IMG/VR virus record: IMGVR_UViG_3300039916_000022
Coordinates: 1 to 41,458 of that record
Direction: 5' to 3' (one strand)
Origin: a virus
Taxonomy: Duplodnaviria > Caudoviricetes
DNA length: 41,458 nt
The notes beneath the pieces are model-generated. The model had not been told where the DNA came from and did not search any database. It saw nothing but the letters and a program-made list of their open reading frames with translations. The position numbers were made by a program, and so were the translations under genes. Of the stretch, positions 27,004 to 36,423 are shown one piece after another; positions within the stretch are counted from its first letter, which is position 1; each line of letters opens with the position of its first letter.

Positions 27004-27677
27004 GCGGTTCCGCGTTCCGGCAGGCGGCCAGCGTGTTCGTGGCGCGCCACCTGTCTGCCGCTGCCCGCTCCCGCATCCTCGCCGATGTGGCGATCCGTGG
27101 CCGGGAGCAGCTGATCCGGGAAGGTCGGGCCAGCCGCTCCTTCACGACCACGGTTGACGGCCGGGAAGGTGCCGCGGAAAGCTCCGTTCAGCCTGAGGGA
27201 ACGATCGTCTACCGCTTCCAACTGCTGGGCGAGGCCGCGCTCTTCGCCATGGGCTACCTCCGGGGCCGCTCGCCGGTGAAGAGCGGACGCTTTCGGGAGG
27301 GCTTCGTCTACGCGGTGGGCGAGCGCGGTTCGAAGCGTGGTGGCACACAAGCCGAGCTCTATACCACCGGACGGATCATCCGTCCCGACAGCTTCGATCC
27401 GCAGAAAGTCGATGCCGATGTCGGCGAGATCCTGATCTTCAACCGGCAGCCTTACAGCCGGAAGGTGGACGTGCAGCTGGTCGGCAATCGTCGGCTACGC
27501 TTCAGCGTGCCGCCCGACATGTTCGATGATGCCGCCGCAGCGGTGCAGCGACGGTTTCCGACCCTCAGCGCCAGGCGCATCTACCAGATCCGTTTCCCTG
27601 GACAATGGGTCCGAAAGCGCGGCCAGGGCGCTGGCCGGGCCGTGGAAAGTCCTGCGCTCGTCATCTCGGCCCGCTGA
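27000..27677 (+). CDS. Neck/tail-completion protein (HK97 gp10-like)
   Basis: SPVKSGRFR and NRQPYSRK motifs. Confidence 0.55.
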   Translation: MSGSAFRQAASVFVARHLSAAARSRILADVAIRGREQLIREGRASRSFTTTVDGREGAAESSVQPEGTIVYRFQLLGEAALFAMGYLRGRSPVKSGRFREGFVYAVGERGSKRGGTQAELYTTGRIIRPDSFDPQKVDADVGEILIFNRQPYSRKVDVQLVGNRRLRFSVPPDMFDDAAAAVQRRFPTLSARRIYQIRFPGQWVRKRGQGAGRAVESPALVISAR

Positions 27678-27693
27678 CCCAGGAGCCTGCCAC

Positions 27694-30600
27694 ATGGCCA
27701 CTGTCTCTCAGGTGACCGAAGCCGCCTTCACCGGCCGCTTCGAGGACCAGATGACTGCCGGCGCCAACGCTGCGGCCAAAGCCATCTCGGGGCTCGGCGC
27801 TGCGGTCGAGGCCACTGAGGAGCGGGTCACCAGGGCGGAGCGGAGCGCCAATTCCTGGGTCAGGTCGCTTGATCCGATCACCCAGGCCGAGAACCGGGCG
27901 GCTAAGGCGAAGCGCGACGCCGCGGCGGCACAGAAGGCGCTGGGCGACGAACTGCAGGCCGGCGGTGAGCGCGCCGCGGCGGCTGGCCGCACGATCGATG
28001 CCCTGAACGCCAAGGTTCAGCAGGCCGAAACGCGCCTGACCGCCCTCAAGGCCGCCGCTGCCGATACGTCCAACGGCATGTCCACTATCGTGGACCACAG
28101 CCGCATGCTCGCCACGGCGAACGACAACACCGCGACCAGTGCCAACCGGTTGGCGTCGCAGGTGCAGAACGCCTCCTACCAGATCGGCGACTTCGCCGTG
28201 CAGGTGGCCTCCGGGCAGTCTGCCGTGACCGCCCTGGCGCAGCAGCTCCCCCAGCTTCTCGGTGGCTTCGGCATGGTCGGCGCGCTGGCGGGCGCGGCTG
28301 TCGCCATCGGTGCGGTGATCTACCGCCTGGTGGACAGCAACAAGTCCCTGGCTGAGACGCTGAGCGACGTCGGCGACGCCATGGCCTCACTGGACAAGGC
28401 CTCGTCTGCCCGCACAGCGAACCTCGAAAGCGAGGCGCAGAAGGTCCAGGCGCTGACCGAATACTACGGCCGGCTGACCCAGGCCCAGCTCGCCGGGGAG
28501 CAGTATGCCCTCTCGAAGCAGCGGGAGGAACTGAACAGGTCTTCCGCGAACCTGTTCTCGGACCTGAGTTCCTCCGCTCGCGGGGCGTCGATCAACGCGG
28601 CCATCGGTGGCGCACTCTCGGGCCAGGGTGTGGTCGATAGCGTCTCGCTGGTCAATTCCGAGGATCAGGCGAGGCTCGATGCGGCAACGGCGTCGCTCCA
28701 GACGCTGAAGGAGACCGGCAACCAGACGCGTGAGGCCGTCTCTGGCGTCATCGGTGAACTGCTGGGTCTCGCCAACCGGTCCGATAGCACCCGGGCCACG
28801 ATCATGCAGATGGTCGAGGCGGTGCGGACGAATGCGGACCAGATCGTGTCCCTGGGGGAGAAGAACGACACCCTGACCCGGGCCGAGGATGCCGCCGCTG
28901 CGGCGGCCAAGGCGGCGGGCGAGGCGGTGGCGGGCTTCGGTCGCCAAGCGAGTGGGGCTACCGGCCAGACCGATGACCTGTCCAGCTCGGTCGGTCGCCT
29001 GCGGGCCAATCTGGAGACGCTGCGCAAGGCCTCGGCCGATGCCGCATCCGCCCCAGCCGAGATGCTCGACAAAGCCCGCGCCTATTACGAGGTGGTGGCC
29101 AAGGGGGACAACCAAGCCGCCGCGGTCTTCAAGAAGCAGCAGGATCGCGCCACGCAGCTTGATGATGTCGTACAGCGGCAGGCCGATCGGGTGGAGGCCG
29201 CGCGCAAGGCCGAGCTTACCGCTCAGGCGGAGCTGATGGCGAAGGAGCAGGGCAGGCAGGTTGGCGTCGCTGATCTGGGGAAGATCGAGGAGACGCTTGC
29301 CAATGAGCGCCAGGCGAACCTCTCGAAGTTCCGCCAGCAGTATCAGGAAGCCTTCGAGTACCAGGACAAGGCCGACGCGCAGACCCTGAAGAATGAGCGC
29401 GACAAGCAGGCCGCCACGCGCGCCACCGCGCAGGCGCGCAGGGATGCCGCCGCAGCAGCAAAGGCCGAGCGCGAAGAACTGGCCGCGAGCCTTCGGGTCT
29501 ACAGCGAGCTGCGCCTCGATGGCGCGAGCAAGCTGCTTCTGGGCAGCGATGCCGACGCAACCGCGCTGAAGGCGATCCGGCAGGCCATCAAGGGCAGCGA
29601 GTTGGACCCGGCGGTCCAAAAGGCGGCTCAGAAAAAGGCCGATGACGAATACGACCAAGCGGTGAAGGAGCAGCAGCGCGAGAGCAAGCGCATCACCGAC
29701 GACATCGTGGACTATTCGGCCGACCGCTTCGCCGACCTGTTCAGCGAGAACAGCCGGGGCTGGAAGGGCATGCTCGACACCTTCGAGCAGACCGCCAAGT
29801 CCACCATGGCGCGGATCGCAGCTCAGCTCATCTTGCAGCCGATCATCGCGCCGATCGTCAGCGGCGTGATGGGCACCGCCAACGATAACAGCTTCCTGTC
29901 CGGCAGCGCTTCGGGCACGAGCAGCCTGATCGCCAGTGCGGGTGGCGGCATCGGGGGAACGGCCTCGCAGGTGGCGGGGTTGAGCGGCAGCATCAGCAAG
30001 CTGTCCGACGCCGCCAGCGGCATCGGCAAGCTGTTCGGCGGCAATGGCGGGTTCCAGACCGGCTATGCCGGCATCGACAAGTATCTGAACTACAACCTGA
30101 CCAATACCGGCACGGCCGGCGAGACCGCCTTCGCGCAAGCCGCGGGCATCCGCGCGCCAGGCCTTAGCGTCGGTCAGGCCGCTGGCGCGGGCCTGGGCAT
30201 CGCCGGCGGCGCCTACGGCATCTATCAAGGCATCCAGACCGGCGGCGCCAAGGGTGTGGCGCAGGGCATCTCGGGCGCGGCGGGCGTGGCTGGGGGCACT
30301 GCGACCCTGGCGACCGGGCTTGGCGCGGCCTCCGGTGCCATCGCGGCCGTCGGCGCGGTGGCGCCCTACGTCGCCGTCGCCGCCCTGATCGCCTCGTATT
30401 TCCTGAGCGGCCAGAAGCCCTCCGACAAGACCGGCACCTCGACCCTGAACTTCCTGACCGGGGCGCAGGAGGAGGGTGGGCTGTCCGGCGCCCGCTACGA
30501 CAAGGCGAACAGGAACGAGGCGGCCTCCATCGCGGCCTCTGGCTGGCAGATCCAGGATACCTACAAGGATCTGATGGGGCTCAGCCAGAACGTCCCGCTG

Positions 30601-31947
30601 GCCTATCAGATCAGCGTCGGCAACCGCGACGGCATCGGGCTGCGCATCGGCGATACGACCCAGACCTTCGAGCGCACCGACGAGGGATCGCAGGAGCTGG
30701 CCAAGGCGCTGACGAAGGCCATCATCGACGCCGGCGCCTCGATCGCCTCGCAGGATGTGAAGAATGTCGTGGCCGCTTCGGGCGACGACATCGACACGAT
30801 CACCGCGAACCTGGAGTGGTACAAGAACACCTATCAGGCGGCGATCAAGGACGCGTCCGGCAAGACCAGCGAGTTCCAGCAGGCCCTGGATGCGCTGACG
30901 ACGCAGTTCGATCCGATGATCGGCAAGGCGGCCTCGCTCGGCCTGGAAACGGAGAAGCTGACCGACGCGCTGGACAAGGCCCGGCAGGCGGTGATCGACA
31001 ACCGCCAGGCCCAGCTCCTCGCGCTGGAGGACAGCTTCGATCAGCGCAACGCCGCCGCCACCGGCCAGTCCAACAGCGCCGCCTACCAGATGGCGCAGTT
31101 CAACAAGGCGGCCGAGCAGGCCGCGCAGGATCTCTACACGCAGCTGCGCTTGGTGCAGGGGCTGACGGACGAGGAGGCGGTGCCATTCCAGCTGCGCCTC
31201 GGCTCCACGCAGGCGCTGGAGCGGGAGGCCCTGCAACGGCAACTCGCCGCGGCACAGGCGTCCAACGACAACGCGCTGTGGGACCGGATCGGCTCGGCCC
31301 GCGCCAACACGACGGCTGAGGATGCCCTGTGGGACTACAACCGCAAGGCGACGCAGGAATGGCTTGCCGCCACCACCGACGGCATGACCGACCTGACGCT
31401 GCTGGCCCGGACCCAGGCCGAGGAGCGGCTGGCGATCGAGCGCACCTATGCCGAGAAGGCCGAGGCGCTGCGGCAGGAGAGCCTGCAGGCCGAGCTTTCC
31501 GCCATGCAGACCCTGGCCAGCCAGAGCCAGGTGCTGACCGGCTGGCTGAACGAGAGCGCGCTGAACAGCGAGACGCTCTCGCCCGAGGCGCGGCTGAGCG
31601 AGGCGCAGCGGCAGTTCCAGGCGGCCCGCGACGCGGCGCTCTCGGCCGGGCCGGGTGAGGCGGACCTGTCGGCCGTCACCTCTGCGGCGAGCAGCCTGAT
31701 CTCGGCCGGGCTGGCGGTGAACGCCTCCTCGCCCATGCAGGCGGCTTTGGAGGGCTGGGTGCGGCAGAGCGTGACCAGCCTGGGGGCGCAGCTCGACCTG
31801 CCGGCCTTCTCGGACGACATCACCTCGGCCGTGGCGCGCCTCCAGGCGGCGTCCGTGGCGGCGACCAATGACGTGAAGGTCTCGGTGGATGCCCTGGCGG
31901 CCGAGTTCCGGCTGTGGCGCCAGCAGATGCGGGCGGCCGCGGCATGA
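27694..31947 (+). CDS. Tail tape measure protein
   Basis: 1417 aa, Ala-rich and helical; QNASYQIGDFAVQVASGQS...QQLPQL lambda-type motif; Gly-rich hydrophobic segments. Confidence 0.92.
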   Translation: MATVSQVTEAAFTGRFEDQMTAGANAAAKAISGLGAAVEATEERVTRAERSANSWVRSLDPITQAENRAAKAKRDAAAAQKALGDELQAGGERAAAAGRTIDALNAKVQQAETRLTALKAAAADTSNGMSTIVDHSRMLATANDNTATSANRLASQVQNASYQIGDFAVQVASGQSAVTALAQQLPQLLGGFGMVGALAGAAVAIGAVIYRLVDSNKSLAETLSDVGDAMASLDKASSARTANLESEAQKVQALTEYYGRLTQAQLAGEQYALSKQREELNRSSANLFSDLSSSARGASINAAIGGALSGQGVVDSVSLVNSEDQARLDAATASLQTLKETGNQTREAVSGVIGELLGLANRSDSTRATIMQMVEAVRTNADQIVSLGEKNDTLTRAEDAAAAAAKAAGEAVAGFGRQASGATGQTDDLSSSVGRLRANLETLRKASADAASAPAEMLDKARAYYEVVAKGDNQAAAVFKKQQDRATQLDDVVQRQADRVEAARKAELTAQAELMAKEQGRQVGVADLGKIEETLANERQANLSKFRQQYQEAFEYQDKADAQTLKNERDKQAATRATAQARRDAAAAAKAEREELAASLRVYSELRLDGASKLLLGSDADATALKAIRQAIKGSELDPAVQKAAQKKADDEYDQAVKEQQRESKRITDDIVDYSADRFADLFSENSRGWKGMLDTFEQTAKSTMARIAAQLILQPIIAPIVSGVMGTANDNSFLSGSASGTSSLIASAGGGIGGTASQVAGLSGSISKLSDAASGIGKLFGGNGGFQTGYAGIDKYLNYNLTNTGTAGETAFAQAAGIRAPGLSVGQAAGAGLGIAGGAYGIYQGIQTGGAKGVAQGISGAAGVAGGTATLATGLGAASGAIAAVGAVAPYVAVAALIASYFLSGQKPSDKTGTSTLNFLTGAQEEGGLSGARYDKANRNEAASIAASGWQIQDTYKDLMGLSQNVPLAYQISVGNRDGIGLRIGDTTQTFERTDEGSQELAKALTKAIIDAGASIASQDVKNVVAASGDDIDTITANLEWYKNTYQAAIKDASGKTSEFQQALDALTTQFDPMIGKAASLGLETEKLTDALDKARQAVIDNRQAQLLALEDSFDQRNAAATGQSNSAAYQMAQFNKAAEQAAQDLYTQLRLVQGLTDEEAVPFQLRLGSTQALEREALQRQLAAAQASNDNALWDRIGSARANTTAEDALWDYNRKATQEWLAATTDGMTDLTLLARTQAEERLAIERTYAEKAEALRQESLQAELSAMQTLASQSQVLTGWLNESALNSETLSPEARLSEAQRQFQAARDAALSAGPGEADLSAVTSAASSLISAGLAVNASSPMQAALEGWVRQSVTSLGAQLDLPAFSDDITSAVARLQAASVAATNDVKVSVDALAAEFRLWRQQMRAAAA

Positions 31948-33569
31948 GTGGCCTCCTCGCGCTGAACGGGCCGGCGGAGTTCCTGCTGGAGATGCGCTCG
32001 GCCGCCACCGGGGCCGCGGTCGATCCGCCGCCGTGGGGCATGGCCGGCGGCCTGCCGCTGGCGGCCCGGCCGGAGGAGATGCCGGTGCCGGAGGTCAACT
32101 CCGCCCTGCTGCGCCTCTCGCGCTGGGGCTGGATCGGCGAGCCGGGCGACACCGCCGCGCCGAACGCGGCCTATCCGGCCCGGCTGACGGCGCCGCCCTC
32201 GCTGACCTGGGCGCTGCCGATCCTGCCCGAGAACGACCGCCGCGGCACCGCCACGGCCGGGACGGTGACGCTGGACAATGCCGATGGCGGCCTCTCCATC
32301 ATCGGCGGCGACTGGAGCATGGCCGGCCGCACGGCGCTGCTGCGGCGCGGGCCCTATCGCTCGCCGCTGCGGGCCGACAGCGCGGCCTTCGCCACGGTGG
32401 CGGCGCTGCGGGTCGGCTCGGCGGCCATGGGCACAGACAGCCTGACGGTGGAGCTGGTCAGCGCCGCGGCGGATCTCGCCGTGCCGGTCTGCGGCACCTA
32501 TGCCGGCACCGGCGGCGCCGAGGGGGATGCCACCCTCAAGGGGCAGAACCGGCCGCTGCTGCTGGGCATCGGCCGCAACATCGAGCCGGTGCTCGTGCTC
32601 TCGGGCAGGCTGCTCTACCAGGTCTCGGCCCAGGCGCTCTATGCGGTCACCCAGGTGCGCGACAAGGGCGCGGTGCTGACCATCGGCAGCAACTACGCCA
32701 CGGCGGCGGACCTGCTGGCGGCCACGGTCGGCGCCGGCACGGTCGCCACCTGCCTCGCGGCCGGGATGATCCGGCTCGGCTCCACGCCGCAGGGGCCGCT
32801 GACGCTGGATGCCCAGAGTGCGGCGGACAGCAACCACGGCGGCATCGCCCTGGCGCTGCTGCGCGGGCCCGGCGGGCTGGCGGAGGACCGGCTGGTGGCC
32901 TCGGCTTTCACGGCGCTGCCGGCCGGGCCGGCGGGGTTCCTGTTCGCGGACGGGACCGTGGCCGATGCGCTGAACCGGGTGCTGGCGAGCTGCGCCGGCT
33001 GGTGGGGCACGGACCGGCAGGGGCGGCTGACCGCCGGGCGCCTGGCGGTTCCGGAGCAGACGCAGCCGGCCTTCCGGCTGGAGCGCTGGATGCTGGACGA
33101 GGCGGCGGACCGCACCGGCCGGGCCATCCAGGAGGTGGCGGGCTCGGTGCCGCGCTACGGCGCCCGGGTGAAATACGGGATGCTGGCCCGGACCCAGGCG
33201 GCCTCCGAGGTGGTGGCCTCGGCCCCCGCCTACGGCGATGCCGCGGCGATGGACTACCTGGCCAAGGGCTACAAGGTCGGCGCCTCCATCCAGCCCGCGA
33301 TCCAGAGCCAGTTCCCGACCGCCACCAGCCCCGAGCCGCTGGACAGCGGCTGGGCCAACGAGGCCGAGGCGACCGCGCAGGCGGCCTATCTGGTGGCGCT
33401 GCACGGGGTGCGGCGCCGCTTCTGGCAGGTGCCGGTCGGCCAGTGGGGGCATCAGCTGGCGCTCGGCATGGCGGTCGGCGCCGACCATCCGCTGCTCGCG
33501 AACAGGACCTGGATCGTCCAGGCCCTGGAGGGCGAGGGTGACGATCTCGAAGCGACCTTCTGGGGATGA
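31944..33569 (+). CDS. Tail tip/hub protein
   Basis: YAGTGGAEG...LKGQNRPLLLG..RNIEPV; follows the tape measure. Confidence 0.7.
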   Translation: MSGLLALNGPAEFLLEMRSAATGAAVDPPPWGMAGGLPLAARPEEMPVPEVNSALLRLSRWGWIGEPGDTAAPNAAYPARLTAPPSLTWALPILPENDRRGTATAGTVTLDNADGGLSIIGGDWSMAGRTALLRRGPYRSPLRADSAAFATVAALRVGSAAMGTDSLTVELVSAAADLAVPVCGTYAGTGGAEGDATLKGQNRPLLLGIGRNIEPVLVLSGRLLYQVSAQALYAVTQVRDKGAVLTIGSNYATAADLLAATVGAGTVATCLAAGMIRLGSTPQGPLTLDAQSAADSNHGGIALALLRGPGGLAEDRLVASAFTALPAGPAGFLFADGTVADALNRVLASCAGWWGTDRQGRLTAGRLAVPEQTQPAFRLERWMLDEAADRTGRAIQEVAGSVPRYGARVKYGMLARTQAASEVVASAPAYGDAAAMDYLAKGYKVGASIQPAIQSQFPTATSPEPLDSGWANEAEATAQAAYLVALHGVRRRFWQVPVGQWGHQLALGMAVGADHPLLANRTWIVQALEGEGDDLEATFWG

Positions 33570-33793
33570 AAACCATGGATCATGAAGACGGCAGCGCCCG
33601 CAAGGCGCTGGAGGAACACGCGCGCCAGTCGGTTGCCTCGCTGGGCGCGGCCGTGGACCTGCCTGGCTTCTCGGCGGATATCGTACAGGCGATCGAGCGG
33701 CTGCGGCAGTCGCAGGAGGCAGCGGCCGAGCGCGTCACGGCAGCGATCGAGGCCTTGCGGGAGGAATACCGCCGGCACAACCGCGGCGTCTGA
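33566..33793 (+). CDS. Small protein paralogous to the tape-measure C-terminus
   Basis: ALEEHARQSVASLGAAVDLPGFSADI versus tape measure ALEGWVRQSVTSLGAQLDLPAFSDDI. Confidence 0.7.
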   Translation: MKTMDHEDGSARKALEEHARQSVASLGAAVDLPGFSADIVQAIERLRQSQEAAAERVTAAIEALREEYRRHNRGV

Positions 33794-33796
33794 CCC

Positions 33797-34996
33797 ATGC
33801 CCGTGCTGATCGCGCGCGAGAACCTGCTGGAGGCGAGCGGGGCGGCGCTGGTGGCGGACAGCGCCCTGGGCGGCCTCGGCGTCTCCAACCTGCTGACGCC
33901 GCGCCTGGGCGAGGTCTGGCGCACCGGGGGCATCGCCGAGGCGGTGCGCACCGCGCCGGTCAGCACCAACAGCAACAGCGGCGCCGTGATGGGGAGCAAC
34001 ACCACCCGCACCGGCACCACGACGGGCTTCGACGGCACCGCGGGGCGGGCGGTGCTCTACAGCAACTCGGCCACCACCAATGCCTATGTGGCGAAGACCG
34101 TCGCGGTGAAGGGCGGCCGGCGCTACTCGGTGCAGGTCAACATCCGGCGCGCCAGCGGCGCCAGCACGACCGGGGCCGCCATCCAGGTCCAGGGCGCCGG
34201 CACGGTCCGCACCCTGAACATGACCGCCTTGGCCCAGGGCACCGCCTGGCAGCTGCTGGAACTCCAGTTCACCGCCGAGCAGAGCGGCACGGCCACGATC
34301 TTCTTCGCGGTCAACACCGGCACGCTGGATTACGCCCTCGACGGCGCCACGCTCTACGAGCTGGTGACCGGCACGGCGGGGAGCCCGACCACCCTGCTGG
34401 CGGCCGACCTGGGCTCGGCCCAGGCGGTGAACCACCTGGTGCTGGCGGCGCCGCGCGACGGGCTGCTGCCGATGGATGGCGCCACCCTCCGCCTCTGCGC
34501 CTCCAACCTCTGGCCCTACGGCACCGAGGTGCTGGACACCGGCATGCAGGCGCTGGCCATGCCGCGCGGCTACTGGGTCTGGCTGCCGGCCAGCGTGGTC
34601 ACGGCGCGGTACTGGTGGGTCCAGTTCAACGCCCCGGCGGCGCAGGCCTACCTGCAGTTCGGCCGGCTGTGGCTGGGCAACGGGCTGCTGCCGCTGAAAG
34701 CCGCCTCGCCGGATGGCTACGACCCGGCGGCCAGCGACGATGCCGCCTCCCGCCCCCGCCGGACCGCCAAGTTCCAGATCCAGGCGCTCTCCGAAACCGA
34801 GGCCGATGCCTTGGAGGCGCTGGGGCTGGCAGCGGGCACCCAGCAGCAGGTGCTGGCCATCCCGCGCACCGAGCGCGCTGGCCTGACGGCCGTGCTGGGG
34901 CGCTTCACCACGATCCCGTCGCCGGCGCCGCGCCAGGCCTGGGACAGCCGCAGCCGCCTCTACACCGCCGACATCGCCCTGCAAGAGGACCGCTGA
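33797..34996 (+). CDS. Tail protein with an internal Ser/Thr/Gly-rich beta domain
   Basis: SNLLTPRLGEVWRT N-terminus; ARYWWVQF, YLQFGRLWLG; internal carbohydrate-binding-like segment. Confidence 0.6.
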   Translation: MPVLIARENLLEASGAALVADSALGGLGVSNLLTPRLGEVWRTGGIAEAVRTAPVSTNSNSGAVMGSNTTRTGTTTGFDGTAGRAVLYSNSATTNAYVAKTVAVKGGRRYSVQVNIRRASGASTTGAAIQVQGAGTVRTLNMTALAQGTAWQLLELQFTAEQSGTATIFFAVNTGTLDYALDGATLYELVTGTAGSPTTLLAADLGSAQAVNHLVLAAPRDGLLPMDGATLRLCASNLWPYGTEVLDTGMQALAMPRGYWVWLPASVVTARYWWVQFNAPAAQAYLQFGRLWLGNGLLPLKAASPDGYDPAASDDAASRPRRTAKFQIQALSETEADALEALGLAAGTQQQVLAIPRTERAGLTAVLGRFTTIPSPAPRQAWDSRSRLYTADIALQEDR

Positions 34997-34997
34997 G

Positions 34998-35777
34998 ATG
35001 GTCGCCATCGTGACCGCCGACATGGTGCTGGTGGAGAGTTATTCCGGCGGCACCGGGGCGCTGGAGGTGGGCTCCACGGTCGCGGGCTTCCTGGCGCCCG
35101 GCAGCCAGATCGCCTCCGGGGCCCGGGCCGTGTGGCGCTGCGCCTCGGCCGACTACTCGCAGTGGGAGGAGTTCGTCGGCACCTATTCCGCGGGCTCCCC
35201 CAACACCGTCAGCCGCGACACGCCGCTGCTGCGCTCGGACGGCGGCTCGGGCTTCATCAACTGGACCACGGGGCAGAAGAAGCTGCTCTTTCCGGTGATC
35301 CCGTCGCGCTACCTGCCGCTGCTGGACGACGGGCTCAAGCTGCTGCCGGCGCAGCTGCCGGACAGTCCCTATTCCATCCTGCGCTCCAGCGCGACGATCC
35401 AGTTGGGCAACGACACGGCGCAGACCCTGACCTGGGACGTGAACGGCGGCAACACGCTGGGCGGCATCGATCCCGGCGCCTCGGTCTGGAGCGCGATCGT
35501 GCTGGGCTCGGGCGGCCTCTACAGCCTGCGCGCCGCCATGTCTTTCTCGGCCGGCGGCGGCACCTACCGCGAACTGCGCATCGTGGTGAACGGCGGCATC
35601 TACGCCCAGAAGCGCCGGGCCCCGATGTCGGCCGGCGAGACGGTGCTGGATGTCGCCGTGGATCTCGGCGTCGGCGCCAATTCCCTGGTGGTGGTGCAGG
35701 CGCTGCAGAACAGCGGTGCGGCTCTGGCGGTCGGCGGCACGACCTGGACCCATTTCTCGGCGGTGAGGCAGATCTGA
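34998..35777 (+). CDS. Tail fiber / receptor-binding protein
   Basis: ADMVLVES..GTG and QWEEFVGTY anchor; beta-rich C-terminus. Confidence 0.6.
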   Translation: MVAIVTADMVLVESYSGGTGALEVGSTVAGFLAPGSQIASGARAVWRCASADYSQWEEFVGTYSAGSPNTVSRDTPLLRSDGGSGFINWTTGQKKLLFPVIPSRYLPLLDDGLKLLPAQLPDSPYSILRSSATIQLGNDTAQTLTWDVNGGNTLGGIDPGASVWSAIVLGSGGLYSLRAAMSFSAGGGTYRELRIVVNGGIYAQKRRAPMSAGETVLDVAVDLGVGANSLVVVQALQNSGAALAVGGTTWTHFSAVRQI

Positions 35778-36295
35778 TGAGCGAGACCCTGGCAACCCCG
35801 GTGATGGTGCCGTCGCCGGAAACGGACGCGCATGTCGCCGTGCCGCCGGAGGCCGACCTGGCACGCATCGCCGCCCGCGCGGGGGCGCCGGACGCGCTGG
35901 ACCGGCTGTACCAGGACGGCTGCCTGATCGTGCGCGGTGTCGCGCAGGAGGCGCTGGAGGCGGCGCTGGCCGAGGTCGGCACCGCGCCGCTGGTGGCCGT
36001 GCCGCAGGAGGTCACCCGGGCGCAGGCGCGGGTGGCCATGGCGGGCCAGATCCTGCCCGATGGCCGCTCGCTGCTGAAAGCCACGAAGGCGCTGATCCAG
36101 ACGCGGCTCGCGGCCGTGGACAGCCTGCCGGACAGCGACCCGGCCAGCATCGCGGCCGAGCAGCTGAGCGAGTGGTGGGAGAGTGCCGCCACCTATCGCC
36201 GCGACCATCCCGCCATGATCCAGATCGCCGGGCAGTTCGGCCTGACCGATGCCCAGGTGGACGACCTGTTCCGCACCGCCGCCGCGGTGAGCTGA
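35777..36295 (+). CDS. Tail-fiber-associated protein
   Basis: VPQEVTRAQARVAM...WESAATYRRDHP...GLTDAQVDDLFRTAA. Confidence 0.6.
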   Translation: MSETLATPVMVPSPETDAHVAVPPEADLARIAARAGAPDALDRLYQDGCLIVRGVAQEALEAALAEVGTAPLVAVPQEVTRAQARVAMAGQILPDGRSLLKATKALIQTRLAAVDSLPDSDPASIAAEQLSEWWESAATYRRDHPAMIQIAGQFGLTDAQVDDLFRTAAAVS

Positions 36296-36423
36296 TCCCC
36301 CGGCCGCGGGCAGCGGCCACCCCTCGCCACCACCCCTGACACATCCCCCCGAGCGTGCCCCCGGCGGCGGTCCAGCAGGATCGCCGCCGATCCCTGTTGC
36401 GCGCTCGCCATCGGAGAACAGCC

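Noticed and set aside
28387-31242. 951-aa minus-strand ORF, and similar long antisense ORFs such as 17205..18920, 31446..33488 and 33452..35023
   Set aside because: Shadow ORFs opposite well-supported genes, expected from high-GC codon bias; no recognisable motifs.
33566-33793. Diversity-generating retroelement TR/VR pair with the tape-measure 3' end
   Set aside because: No reverse transcriptase in the window, and the differences are extensive and not adenine-specific.
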